Below, one piece after another: positions 30,589 to 39,155 of a stretch of DNA of 64,000 bases. The stretch is taken from contig JAWXAY010000010.1 in NCBI GenBank assembly GCA_034439715.1, positions 54,590 through 118,589 of the forward strand. The letters run 5' to 3'. The notes under the pieces are model-generated. The model saw nothing but the letters and a program-made list of their open reading frames with translations, ran no database searches and was not told the origin of the DNA. How positions within the stretch are numbered: the first letter of the stretch is position 1; every line of letters begins with the position of its first letter. This DNA comes from Pseudomonadota bacterium. GTDB taxonomy: Bacteria; Bdellovibrionota; Bdellovibrionia; Bdellovibrionales; SG-bin7. Position numbers and translations under genes: made by a program.

Positions 30589-31023
30589 TTAAATGTCGTC
30601 CTTGCAAGTCTTAAGGGCCTCAACAAGAGAGGTAAAGACCCTCTTTGATGGGCCGCGCAAAGGATCATGTGGCCTATTGAGCTTTTGCGCTTCGGGCGCC
30701 AAAACCTGGGAGCGAATGAACTCCTCAATGGCCGCCTGAATGTTAGAAGGGTCCATGCCTTTTTTAAAGAAGTCGATGATTTTTTGAACGACTGATTCAA
30801 CACCATTTCCGGTGATTCGGTTTTCGTCATTTATAATTCTTGATCGAGAACAAACATCACGAAGCGTTCGATTTAGCGTTCGGCGACCCTGGGCTAAACT
30901 GAGCAGATTTTTATAAGAAATTTGCATTTCAGCTAACCGTATTAAAAGTGGGCGACTTACTTTGCGGTCCCTAGTGTTTGCAAAATCAGAAAAACTATCC
31001 GTTAAAACATTGTTATCTTTCAA
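30589..31023 (-). CDS. Probable C-terminal segment of the SelO-like protein (frameshifted) or a separate small protein
   Basis: Overlaps the upstream ORF by 11 nt, no clear RBS, its frame is open only back to 31038. Confidence 0.45.
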   Translation of the reverse strand: MKDNNVLTDSFSDFANTRDRKVSRPLLIRLAEMQISYKNLLSLAQGRRTLNRTLRDVCSRSRIINDENRITGNGVESVVQKIIDFFKKGMDPSNIQAAIEEFIRSQVLAPEAQKLNRPHDPLRGPSKRVFTSLVEALKTCKDDI

Positions 31024-32320
31024 AATATTGAAAACGTTTTACAAAATCTTTAGCTGCTTTTAAATGTCGGCTCAAAAGATACCGACATTGGCGAAGGTCA
31101 AAGCCCAGTCGGTAAAGAATGCGCTCCAATCGAAAATATTTGAAGTCTTCACTAAAATTTAAAACATGAGGGTGAGATTTAAATGTTGCTAAGGGTTTCT
31201 TTTTTCCGGTCTTTACGAAGTCAACCGCTTGAGCAAAGGCTTGAACAATTTGTTGAGCTTTACATTTTTGTTCATTGAGGTTGGTAGAATAGCGTGGTCC
31301 ATCATCAAATCGGTACTGGTCGTGTCTAACTCCAAACTGCCTGACGCTGCCGTAATCAATTATTCCGCCGTTGGCGAGCACATTGTCGCCATCCCAATCG
31401 AGCCACAAAAAAATGTAGTCGACATCAAGACGAGCGGCAAATCTCGCAAAATCATTTTCAATACACTTTAGCATCAACTCGTATTTGTGTTTTCCTTTAG
31501 TATTAATGTGCCACTCGCCGTTTTGCACCTGCCGTTCTATGAGGTAATCCAATGACCGAGTTAGGGCTCCTAGGTTATTCTGCTTCAGATACATTAAGAT
31601 ATGTGCCGGCCTTAAAAGATTGGGAGCGGCGCGTACTCCAATGCCGGTTTCTTTTCCGCTTTGAATAATCGCCAACATTCTTTCAGTTTTAATTCCTTGG
31701 CGATGAAAGATTTCAGACATAAGTGCCGAGCCCACTAACTCATCAAGTTCAGCTAAACCACAGCCATATCCAAATTTTTCGCATCCAGTGGGAAGGGGCT
31801 TTCCGGCCTCAACGGCTCCGGGGGCCAGGCGAGTGACTCCGGTCCCTCGCGAAGAAACATCCCAGATTTTATCCTTATTTTTAACACAACCATTCCAGAT
31901 ACTTCGACCATCACCCGAAGTTTTACCGGTCTTACTTTGATGTTGAAGCTGTAAGTAGCGAGTTGCCATATACTTGGGAAGAACAGACAAATCTATTTTT
32001 TGCGCCCGCTTTTTTTCTTGCTCAAACTCATTTACAATTTTTAAAGCGAAGGTATCCAAAATCTTTTTTTCTAACATCCTATTAAGCTTATGGTCGCCAT
32101 TTGTAGGGACTAACCCCATTTCTTCAGCCAGTTCAAAATTAAAATATAGGATCCGCGCACCCTCAATCTTTTCAACGGGATAAAGAATGTATCCTTCGGG
32201 AACCTTTGCACGATAGGGATGTGAGCCATCCAACGATTCAAAATTTTTGTATAGGGCGTCCTGCGTCCGCGAAGGGACTGCTTGGGTCCGCAAATTTGGT
32301 TTACTAGACCTATTACCCAT
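31013..32320 (-). CDS. Divergent SelO/YdiU-like pseudokinase (candidate AMPylase)
   Basis: Motifs in SelO order: SGDGRS, SSRGTGVT, MSEIFHRQGIKTERMLA, LLRPAH, WDGDNVL, IIDYGS, RYSTN. Confidence 0.65.
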   Translation of the reverse strand: MGNRSSKPNLRTQAVPSRTQDALYKNFESLDGSHPYRAKVPEGYILYPVEKIEGARILYFNFELAEEMGLVPTNGDHKLNRMLEKKILDTFALKIVNEFEQEKKRAQKIDLSVLPKYMATRYLQLQHQSKTGKTSGDGRSIWNGCVKNKDKIWDVSSRGTGVTRLAPGAVEAGKPLPTGCEKFGYGCGLAELDELVGSALMSEIFHRQGIKTERMLAIIQSGKETGIGVRAAPNLLRPAHILMYLKQNNLGALTRSLDYLIERQVQNGEWHINTKGKHKYELMLKCIENDFARFAARLDVDYIFLWLDWDGDNVLANGGIIDYGSVRQFGVRHDQYRFDDGPRYSTNLNEQKCKAQQIVQAFAQAVDFVKTGKKKPLATFKSHPHVLNFSEDFKYFRLERILYRLGFDLRQCRYLLSRHLKAAKDFVKRFQYFER

Positions 32321-32328
32321 TATGTTAA

Positions 32329-32355
32329 TTATCGGATATTACGGGAGATTCTTTA
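32329..32355 (-). promoter_or_regulatory. sigma28-like promoter of the SelO-like gene
   Basis: Minus strand TAAA-N15-TCCGATAA, 8 nt upstream of the ATG. Confidence 0.6.
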
Positions 32356-32391
32356 TAGTGGGAGGCAACCATAGGCCCCGACCCCCTCTTA

Positions 32392-32412
32392 ACTGTCAAT
32401 TTTTTTGACAGT
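32392..32412. promoter_or_regulatory. Inverted repeat, candidate enhancer-binding-protein site
   Basis: ACTGTCAA-N5-TTGACAGT, about 120 bp upstream of a sigma54 motif. Confidence 0.5.
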
Positions 32413-32529
32413 GCCAATGCCAATTTACATATCGCAAAAAGTTAACACCCCCCCCTTTGTTGTTTATTGTGACGAAAATATCTTAATAGTTTTAAATACT
32501 TAGGCGTATTCGACTACATCTTCAATGCC

Positions 32530-32545
32530 TGGCACTACTTCTGCA
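32530..32545 (+). promoter_or_regulatory. sigma54 (-24/-12) promoter
   Basis: TGGCAC-TACTT-CTGCA (GG-N10-GC). Confidence 0.65.
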
Positions 32546-32582
32546 ATTATCATCGTAGGACATACTTTTTTAGGAGAATTAT

Positions 32583-34181
32583 ATGTTTAGTATTAAAAAG
32601 CCTCTTACCTACTTGATTGCTGTTGCAACAATTCAACTGCCTTATTCACCCGCCGATGCAGGCGGTTGGGCGCCATTTCTTGCCGGCGCTGTCGTAGGCT
32701 GGGTCGCTAACCGGATTTCTGATTATAGTAGTAGCCGCAGTAGTGGTAATTATAGTGTTGGCGGAGGTAGTGGTTATAGTGGTGGCAGCTACGGTGGTGG
32801 GGCCTACCAAACAGTTATTGCAGATAACTCGCGCATCGGAGATGAACTAAAGGGTATAGCAAGTGAACTAAGAAGTTTAACGAAGGCTGTTACAGACTCT
32901 GATGGTCGGCAACTTTTAACTCCAGAAAATATCGCTTATATTGAGAAGCACAATTTAAAAGGCTACGGAAAATTAATTGGTATCGAAGATCTCCATGAGA
33001 CAAAATGGGCTAAATACGTCTTAGAGCACGATATTGTTGCTTTTCGAGAATTAATTGATCGCCGGATTGAACGCTATAAGGAGAATTCCGCCAAAGCTTT
33101 AATCATTTCGCAAATACTTTCTGGTGAGAAGACGGTTAAAATTCCCGCTACCCCGGACGAAGAGAGCCAAATTGGGAATTTAATTTCAGAAAACGTGAAT
33201 GTCGATGCACTCATGGCTTTCCTTGAATCAGAAGGCGGCTCAGTGAAGAGTAAAAAAAACTACGATATTTTAAAAGGAGCTTCCCCAGGCGAACAAGACA
33301 ATATCAATTCTATGCTGAGACACGCTGTTAAGAAATCTTCTGGAAAGACAGCAGAAGACAGACTAAAAGCGTTAACCTCTATTCTCAGGAACCCGCAATC
33401 TCTCAAGGATAAAATCTTGTCTGATCGAAAAAATTATAAATCGTGCAGAGGCTCACAATTTAGTAACGCCATGTCCGCATTAGAACAAGCCGTCGGTAAA
33501 GAGGAAAATGAAAAAGCCGATGCAATTGCACAGAGAAGCCAACTTACCGCTAAAGCTGATAAATTAAATAACGAGATTCTAGAGTGGGCACAAAAAGAAC
33601 GGCCGCTTAAAACAACTTTGATTAAAAACAGAGGTCTATTTACGAACGGGACCATTGTTAAAATTACGCCACACGACTCCAAATCTGACAGCTTCGAAAT
33701 TCATGCTTCGGCCGGCAATGAAACTTCGCCTGACGATGCCTTACATAAACTCTACATGGACGCAGTAGTAGACCTTCATAAGAAAAGCCAAGAGCCCGTT
33801 CCCTATGGTTCTTATTGGCCACACGAGGCCAGAACTAATAACTGGGTCACTAACGTTGCCTCAATGGAATACGTTTCGAAAAATAAAGAGTTATCCGAGA
33901 GAGTCGCCCTTCTGGCTGCTAACGATACCCTTGATCGACGCATTGAAATTCACAATCTACGCGCCAAGGCGTCTCAATGGGATAATTGGATCACGAAATC
34001 AATGGATGGAAAAATATTGACCCAACAAAATGAAAAGGAAACCTTTGAAAACCTCTGCTCAAAAGAGAGACTCGCTGTAAAAGAACTTGATTCGGCTGTA
34101 ACGACGTTTGAAAAATTAGTTGGTAAAACTCCCTCAAGCATCGTGACCCACCGTGATTCATCAACGCCCAGTGCTCAATGA
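32583..34181 (+). CDS. Secreted orphan protein with Gly-zipper-like helix, G/S/Y-rich linker and coiled coil
   Basis: AGGAG RBS; signal peptide ending ADA; GGWAPFLAGAVVGWVA; SSSRSSGNYSVGGGSGYSGGSYGGGAY. Confidence 0.75.
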   Translation: MFSIKKPLTYLIAVATIQLPYSPADAGGWAPFLAGAVVGWVANRISDYSSSRSSGNYSVGGGSGYSGGSYGGGAYQTVIADNSRIGDELKGIASELRSLTKAVTDSDGRQLLTPENIAYIEKHNLKGYGKLIGIEDLHETKWAKYVLEHDIVAFRELIDRRIERYKENSAKALIISQILSGEKTVKIPATPDEESQIGNLISENVNVDALMAFLESEGGSVKSKKNYDILKGASPGEQDNINSMLRHAVKKSSGKTAEDRLKALTSILRNPQSLKDKILSDRKNYKSCRGSQFSNAMSALEQAVGKEENEKADAIAQRSQLTAKADKLNNEILEWAQKERPLKTTLIKNRGLFTNGTIVKITPHDSKSDSFEIHASAGNETSPDDALHKLYMDAVVDLHKKSQEPVPYGSYWPHEARTNNWVTNVASMEYVSKNKELSERVALLAANDTLDRRIEIHNLRAKASQWDNWITKSMDGKILTQQNEKETFENLCSKERLAVKELDSAVTTFEKLVGKTPSSIVTHRDSSTPSAQ

Positions 34182-34295
34182 TGCGGGAGAGGGCCTTTAG
34201 AGAGTTTAGATTGGCAATTATTGACCAAGGTGTAAAGCAAAACGCCGTCTAACTAGCTTCTGTACAGCAGTGACATATTACAAAAACACGATAAA

Positions 34296-34349
34296 AATCA
34301 ACAGTTTAGAATATTTTCATGGTCGGTGAGTAATGGTCTGGAAATTGCT
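34296..34349 (+). promoter_or_regulatory. IHF-like site plus sigma54 promoter
   Basis: AATCAA-CAGT-TTA (34296-34308) matches WATCAANNNNTTR; TGGTCTGGAAATTGCT (34334-34349) is GG-N10-GC. Confidence 0.55.
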
Positions 34350-34364
34350 CTTTTTATGGTAATT

Positions 34365-35036
34365 ATGAGAACAATGAATCGCAAAAATGTGAAATCTATT
34401 TTAAAAAAGTTTATTATTCCGCTGGCTGTATTTGCGGTTTTTTTAGCGTGTCAGCATTCTGAAGTATTGGAACAGACGGGAATTCTCACCAGTCGGCAGG
34501 CAAGTTGCGAGAACCGACCCATTTCTTTAGAGATCACCGACAAAACTCCCATTTTTGACGATAAAGATTTGCCACAGGGAATTCTTGTTTTTGATAGCGC
34601 AAATGTTTATATGGAAAAGCTCGATGAGCAAGGTGATGTTACCGAGAAAGTGATAGTTTCTGAAGAATACACGTCAGCAAAAAAAGAGAATCGCGAAATT
34701 AATGTTCGTTGTGTAAAGGCTAGTGGAAAAAAACTAGTTACAGATTTTGATTCTATGATACCGGCGCTCAAAAAAATTGAGATTGGTCAAAAAGGAAGCC
34801 GCCTTTTTTCAAACGCTTTTGAAATTAAGGTAGAAAAGGGCCAAGTTAAATATTCTTCGGAAGCGCCTACGGCGCCGACGTCGACAACCTCGGTGCGTGA
34901 TTTCTTTGAACGGGTTGGCGTTAACTACGCCTTTTATAAAACCGGCGAGGGCGCTTACGAGTTTCGCGGTCATAAGATCAAAGATAGAATTAGTTCTTAT
35001 ATTTCTGTAAAATATCAATTGGTACAATTTAATTAA
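34365..35036 (+). CDS. Hypothetical lipoprotein
   Basis: Lipobox FLAC; start moved downstream of the sigma54 motif. Confidence 0.65.
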   Translation: MRTMNRKNVKSILKKFIIPLAVFAVFLACQHSEVLEQTGILTSRQASCENRPISLEITDKTPIFDDKDLPQGILVFDSANVYMEKLDEQGDVTEKVIVSEEYTSAKKENREINVRCVKASGKKLVTDFDSMIPALKKIEIGQKGSRLFSNAFEIKVEKGQVKYSSEAPTAPTSTTSVRDFFERVGVNYAFYKTGEGAYEFRGHKIKDRISSYISVKYQLVQFN

Positions 35037-36165
35037 AAATCACTATTCCAAGTCCTGACCCCGGCGTTTGAAAATTTGTGGTCTGGCCTTTGTATAAACG
35101 TGAAGCCGCAAGCTGAATATTATCTTTGTAAGCATAAAAGCGAAGGTCCCATTTTAAATCGTTGTGCACGGGTGGCATTATATATTCTTGTGCCACATAG
35201 TCCTTTTCAAACAGCTCATTAAATAGCTTGCGACTGATGGATTCGCCTTTAAAAGCGCCGCGGCCTCCGAAGGCTCCCGAGGGCTTAAAAAAGTATTTTT
35301 TTCTATTTCGCCAAAGTTCAATCGCAGAGGAGAACTCTCGAAAAGAGTGCGTGTTTAGAAGGTACGACCACTCGAGGTTAGGGTTTTTAGAAAGTTCTAC
35401 CAGGCGGTTTTTGTCGGCCAACAAAAAATACTCGTGAGGGTTCGGAGATAAACCTACTTTTTTTGCAAAATAAGCATCATGTAATGCTTTGCTTTTGGGC
35501 CCCGACAAATAAAAGTCTGTCAGGCGATTATAAACAAAGTCAATTTCGATGTTTCCCACTGAATAAACAAGAGATTGTCCATCAAATTTAAATTCGTCGG
35601 GATCTCCAATGATGCAGGAGTAGCCCCAGCGTCCAAAAAGAGCTTTAAACATTAAAAACTCGAAATAGGAATTTTGTTCTTTATGGTTGTCGTCAATGAT
35701 GGCAATGTTTTTTATTTTTCGTAAAGTGTGTTTTTCGCAATGCTTGATTTCCTCATCAAATGATGAACGTAAGCTTTTTAGAAAAGCTACACTCAAATCA
35801 CTTGAACCATGAACTTTATATAATAGGTCCATCAAGAGTGAGTTGGCGGCATTAGTATTTATCTCTATGAGTTTTAATTCATTTTTTTCTGTTACATGAA
35901 AGTCATAACCCATTAAGACCGAAAAACTTTCGGGGTCTTTGGCTATGGCCGGTTGTTTTGGGCTCAAGGAATCTTTGTATTCTTTTGAAAGTCTTAATTC
36001 GAAAAACAACTTAACGGCATGTTGAGCTTGGTCAATTACCGATTTCGGTAATTCAACGATTTGATCCGTACAAATATTTAGAATTTTTTCGGCTAATTCG
36101 GCATGAGGCTTGAGCTCAGGATAGTGTTGCCACAATGTATTTGCAACAGAGTCACGAAAACTCAA
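35029..36165 (-). CDS. Circularly permuted ATP-grasp (peptide ligase-like) protein
   Basis: N-terminal GYDFH...LKLIEINTNA; later FFKPSGAFGGRG, YVAQEYI, WDLRFY, RLYKGQTTNF. Confidence 0.65.
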   Translation of the reverse strand: MSFRDSVANTLWQHYPELKPHAELAEKILNICTDQIVELPKSVIDQAQHAVKLFFELRLSKEYKDSLSPKQPAIAKDPESFSVLMGYDFHVTEKNELKLIEINTNAANSLLMDLLYKVHGSSDLSVAFLKSLRSSFDEEIKHCEKHTLRKIKNIAIIDDNHKEQNSYFEFLMFKALFGRWGYSCIIGDPDEFKFDGQSLVYSVGNIEIDFVYNRLTDFYLSGPKSKALHDAYFAKKVGLSPNPHEYFLLADKNRLVELSKNPNLEWSYLLNTHSFREFSSAIELWRNRKKYFFKPSGAFGGRGAFKGESISRKLFNELFEKDYVAQEYIMPPVHNDLKWDLRFYAYKDNIQLAASRLYKGQTTNFQTPGSGLGIVIFN

Positions 36166-36174
36166 GTGGCAAAC

Positions 36175-36699
36175 TCATTTTGTTTTAAGGTGGGCTTGGC
36201 CTGGCTTCCAGCCTGCGGCACACAGTTCCCCCGATTGAAGGCCACTTAAGACACGAATAATTTCGCCAGCATCGCGCCCAACATTCAAATTATGAATTCC
36301 CATGTATTGAACGTGACCCTCAGGATCTATAATAAATGTTCCGCGAGTAGCAATCCCTTTGTCTTCAATGAGTACGCCAAAGTCTTGAGATATTTTCTTG
36401 GTGATGTCGCCAATTAAGGGATAACCAAGATCACCTAGCTCATCGCTGAGCCATTTTTTATGAGCATAAACTGAATCCACACTGCAGCCGAGAACAATCG
36501 CATTGAGTTTTGTGAACTGAGAAAGTGAGTCTCTAAATTGTGTTAATTCTGTAGGGCAGACAAAAGTAAAATCCAAGGGATAAAAAAACAACACCACCCA
36601 TTTGCCCATATATTCAGCGAGGCTAATATTTTTAATTTCACCTTTATTTATTACAGCTTGAGCCATAAATTTTGGAGCCATTTGTCCGATTGTAACCAT
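36175..36699 (-). CDS. ahpC: 2-Cys peroxiredoxin
   Basis: FYPLDFTFVCPTE, RGTFIIDPEG, ELCAAGW. Confidence 0.92.
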   Translation of the reverse strand: MVTIGQMAPKFMAQAVINKGEIKNISLAEYMGKWVVLFFYPLDFTFVCPTELTQFRDSLSQFTKLNAIVLGCSVDSVYAHKKWLSDELGDLGYPLIGDITKKISQDFGVLIEDKGIATRGTFIIDPEGHVQYMGIHNLNVGRDAGEIIRVLSGLQSGELCAAGWKPGQAHLKTK

Positions 36700-36809
36700 A
36701 CTATTACCTCGCTTTTCACTAGGGCTAAGTATAAGCCTAAGTTTATGATGACATCAACCAATAGGGTTAAGTTGATTTTCAGCATCAACAGAGGTAAGTC
36801 CCTTTACCT

Positions 36810-37580
36810 ATGAAATTGATTACCTGGAATGTAAACGGCATCCGTGCCTGGCATAAAAAGGGAATGCTAAAGGTCATTGAAAAAGAGGCTCCCGACGTAT
36901 TGTGCCTGCAAGAAACTAAAGCACATAAGGATCAAGTTGGAAATGAGTTAATTGAACCTTTTCAAATGAAGAGTTTTTGGTCTTCGGCTGTACGTAAGGG
37001 ATATTCAGGTGTTGCGACGTTTACAAAATTGAATCATCCAAGCCATGCCGGAATTGGAATCGATAAATTTGATAGTGAGGGCCGCACAGTTGTAACCCAG
37101 TTTAAAGATTTTAAACTTTACAACGTATATTTTCCAAATGGCGGCTCGGGCCCAGAAAGACATCAATACAAGCAAGAATTCTTAAGGGCTATTGCGAAAA
37201 AACTAAAATCTGATATTGAGGCCGGTGTAGATGTTGTTTTGGTTGGAGACTACAATGTAGCGCCTGAAGAAATTGACGTCTATGACCCCATCAGACTAAG
37301 TACTATGAGCGGCTTTTTACCTGAGGAGCGGGAGTGGTTTAAAGAATTTCTTTCCTTAGGATTAGTTGATACCTTTCGGGAATTAAATCCAAAGACCTTA
37401 GGAGTTTACACTTGGTGGTCTATGCAAGAGCGCGCCCGCCCGGCCAACAGAGGTTGGCGAATTGATCATATATGTGTGACCAAAGCATTATTTAAAAAAG
37501 TTAAAGAAGTTATTATTTATCAAGATCAAGAAGGCTCAGATCACTGTCCTGTGGGAATAACAATTGAAGGAGTAGAATGA
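36810..37580 (+). CDS. xth: Exodeoxyribonuclease III
   Basis: TWNVNGIR, LQETK, GYSGVA, GDYNVA, GWRIDH, SDHCP. Confidence 0.93.
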   Translation: MKLITWNVNGIRAWHKKGMLKVIEKEAPDVLCLQETKAHKDQVGNELIEPFQMKSFWSSAVRKGYSGVATFTKLNHPSHAGIGIDKFDSEGRTVVTQFKDFKLYNVYFPNGGSGPERHQYKQEFLRAIAKKLKSDIEAGVDVVLVGDYNVAPEEIDVYDPIRLSTMSGFLPEEREWFKEFLSLGLVDTFRELNPKTLGVYTWWSMQERARPANRGWRIDHICVTKALFKKVKEVIIYQDQEGSDHCPVGITIEGVE

Positions 37581-38032
37581 TGCGGCCAAGTTTTGAAAAA
37601 ATTTATATGGATTTAGCTTTTCAACTTGCTCGGCGCTCAACATGTTCACGACTCAAAGTTGGAACGGTCATCACCTCTAAAGATTACCGAAAGGTCTTAG
37701 CTGTAGGCTATAACGGAAATGCCTCTGGCCTTTCAAATAAGTGTGATCGGGATGAGGCTGGTAACTGTGGATGCCTTCACTCCGAAGAAAACGCTGTGAT
37801 CAACTGTGACAGTCTGCGTGCAACGCAGAAGGTGGTGTTTGTTACTCACCTACCTTGCGTGATGTGTGCCAAGCGGCTTATTAATCTCGGTGGAGTTGAA
37901 AAAATATTTTTTGCGAATCAATACCGTTCGCAGGACTCGCTCTTGGTCCTGTCGCAGGTCTCTATTGATGTAGCACATTTGTCTGATTTCGATGATCAAC
38001 AATCTAGACCTCAGCCGGAGCCCAGTATTTAA
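37577..38032 (+). CDS. dCMP deaminase family protein
   Basis: RSTCSRLKVG, GYNG, HSEENA, PCVMC. Confidence 0.88.
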   Translation: MMRPSFEKIYMDLAFQLARRSTCSRLKVGTVITSKDYRKVLAVGYNGNASGLSNKCDRDEAGNCGCLHSEENAVINCDSLRATQKVVFVTHLPCVMCAKRLINLGGVEKIFFANQYRSQDSLLVLSQVSIDVAHLSDFDDQQSRPQPEPSI

Positions 38033-38098
38033 AGTCGAGCCTAATTCTATTTGTATCAATTGTCGAAACGGCATTGAGAGATTCACCTAATAGTAAAT

Positions 38099-38560
38099 AT
38101 GAAAAAGAATATTAGCGTTGTTCTGTTTTTATTATTTTTTTCTAACTTGGCAGGGGCTTTGTGTGTCTCTGCTAGCAAGGCTGTTTTGCGCTCTGGCCCC
38201 GGTACCCAATTCCGTGAAACCTGGTCGGTGGGTAAATTTATGCCATTAAAATTCAAGTCAAAAAGGGGATCGTGGTTTGAGGTTTCAGATTTAGACGGAA
38301 AATCCCATTGGGTTTTCTCGGGGGTTGTTACCGAAGACTTCAGTTGTGTGGCGGTAAAGGTCCCTTATGTTGTGTTGAGACAGGGGCCAGGAGAAGGTTC
38401 TCTACCCGCAGCTTTTAAAATTGCCGACAAATATTTTCCGTATAAAAAGCTGCGACGAGAAGACAATTGGATTGAACTTGAAGACGATTTTGGTGATCAG
38501 TATTGGGTAAAAGACTCTTTTGTTTGGTGGCCGGTGAGTTACGCCAAGGTAAGTTTCTAA
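38099..38560 (+). CDS. Secreted tandem bacterial SH3-domain protein
   Basis: Signal peptide; two repeats LRSGPG...GSWFEV..DG..HWV and LRQGPG...NWIEL..D...YWV. Confidence 0.8.
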   Translation: MKKNISVVLFLLFFSNLAGALCVSASKAVLRSGPGTQFRETWSVGKFMPLKFKSKRGSWFEVSDLDGKSHWVFSGVVTEDFSCVAVKVPYVVLRQGPGEGSLPAAFKIADKYFPYKKLRREDNWIELEDDFGDQYWVKDSFVWWPVSYAKVSF

Positions 38561-38643
38561 AGAAACTGTACAAAAGGCGGTCACTATAAACGGAACTAAT
38601 TTCTCCCATTAAGATTTATTAAGAAACTCAAATATATTGTGCA

Positions 38644-38673
38644 TTGAAACCGAGCTCAAAAATCTAATATAAT
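38644..38673 (+). promoter_or_regulatory. sigma70-like promoter upstream of dksA
   Basis: TTGAAA-N18-TATAAT. Confidence 0.4.
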
Positions 38674-38783
38674 GAAATAATAGCATTAGTACCTGTAAGT
38701 TTTTTTAAGATTTCTTCTTGATTGACCTCATTTGATGTGTCTTAATGTGGGTCTGAAAAACAGATCTAATGGGAGGTTTGAAC

Positions 38784-39155
38784 ATGCCGGGGATCACTAA
38801 AGAAGTTGTCGCCAGATGCAGAGAAAAACTTATAAAAACTCGCGAAGAAATCATCAACCGTTTTCAATCTACAAGAATTGATCTCTATGCGGGAGATGAC
38901 AAGGGCGGCGACGAAGCAGATCAAACCGTGCGGACTATGGCCGAAAGCGAAACGCTCTCCATGCACGAGCGGCTTCGACAAAAGTTATACGAAATTGAAT
39001 TGGCCCTAGCTCGTATCGAAGGGGGCACCTTTGGCATGTGTGAAGAAACAGAAGAGCCTATTGAAGCAGATCGCCTCTTAGCGATTCCGTGGACGAGGCT
39101 AAGCATTGAGGGCGCTGAAATTCGTGAAAGCCTCAAAAAGCGTTACGCTCGTTAG
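38784..39155 (+). CDS. dksA: DksA/TraR family regulator, single-Cys type
   Basis: Coiled-coil tip GDEADQT; ALARIEGGTFGMCEET...RLLAIPWTRLSIEG; GGAGG RBS. Confidence 0.85.
   Translation: MPGITKEVVARCREKLIKTREEIINRFQSTRIDLYAGDDKGGDEADQTVRTMAESETLSMHERLRQKLYEIELALARIEGGTFGMCEETEEPIEADRLLAIPWTRLSIEGAEIRESLKKRYAR

Noticed and set aside
30558..30830. 90-aa alternative-frame ORF
   Set aside because: Largely nested in the 30589-31023 ORF, with no RBS or recognisable motif.
38670..38688. Possible Fur/Zur box TAATGAAATAATAGCATTA upstream of dksA
   Set aside because: Spacing is shorter than the 7-1-7 Fur/Zur pattern and the region is AT-rich, so chance is likely.
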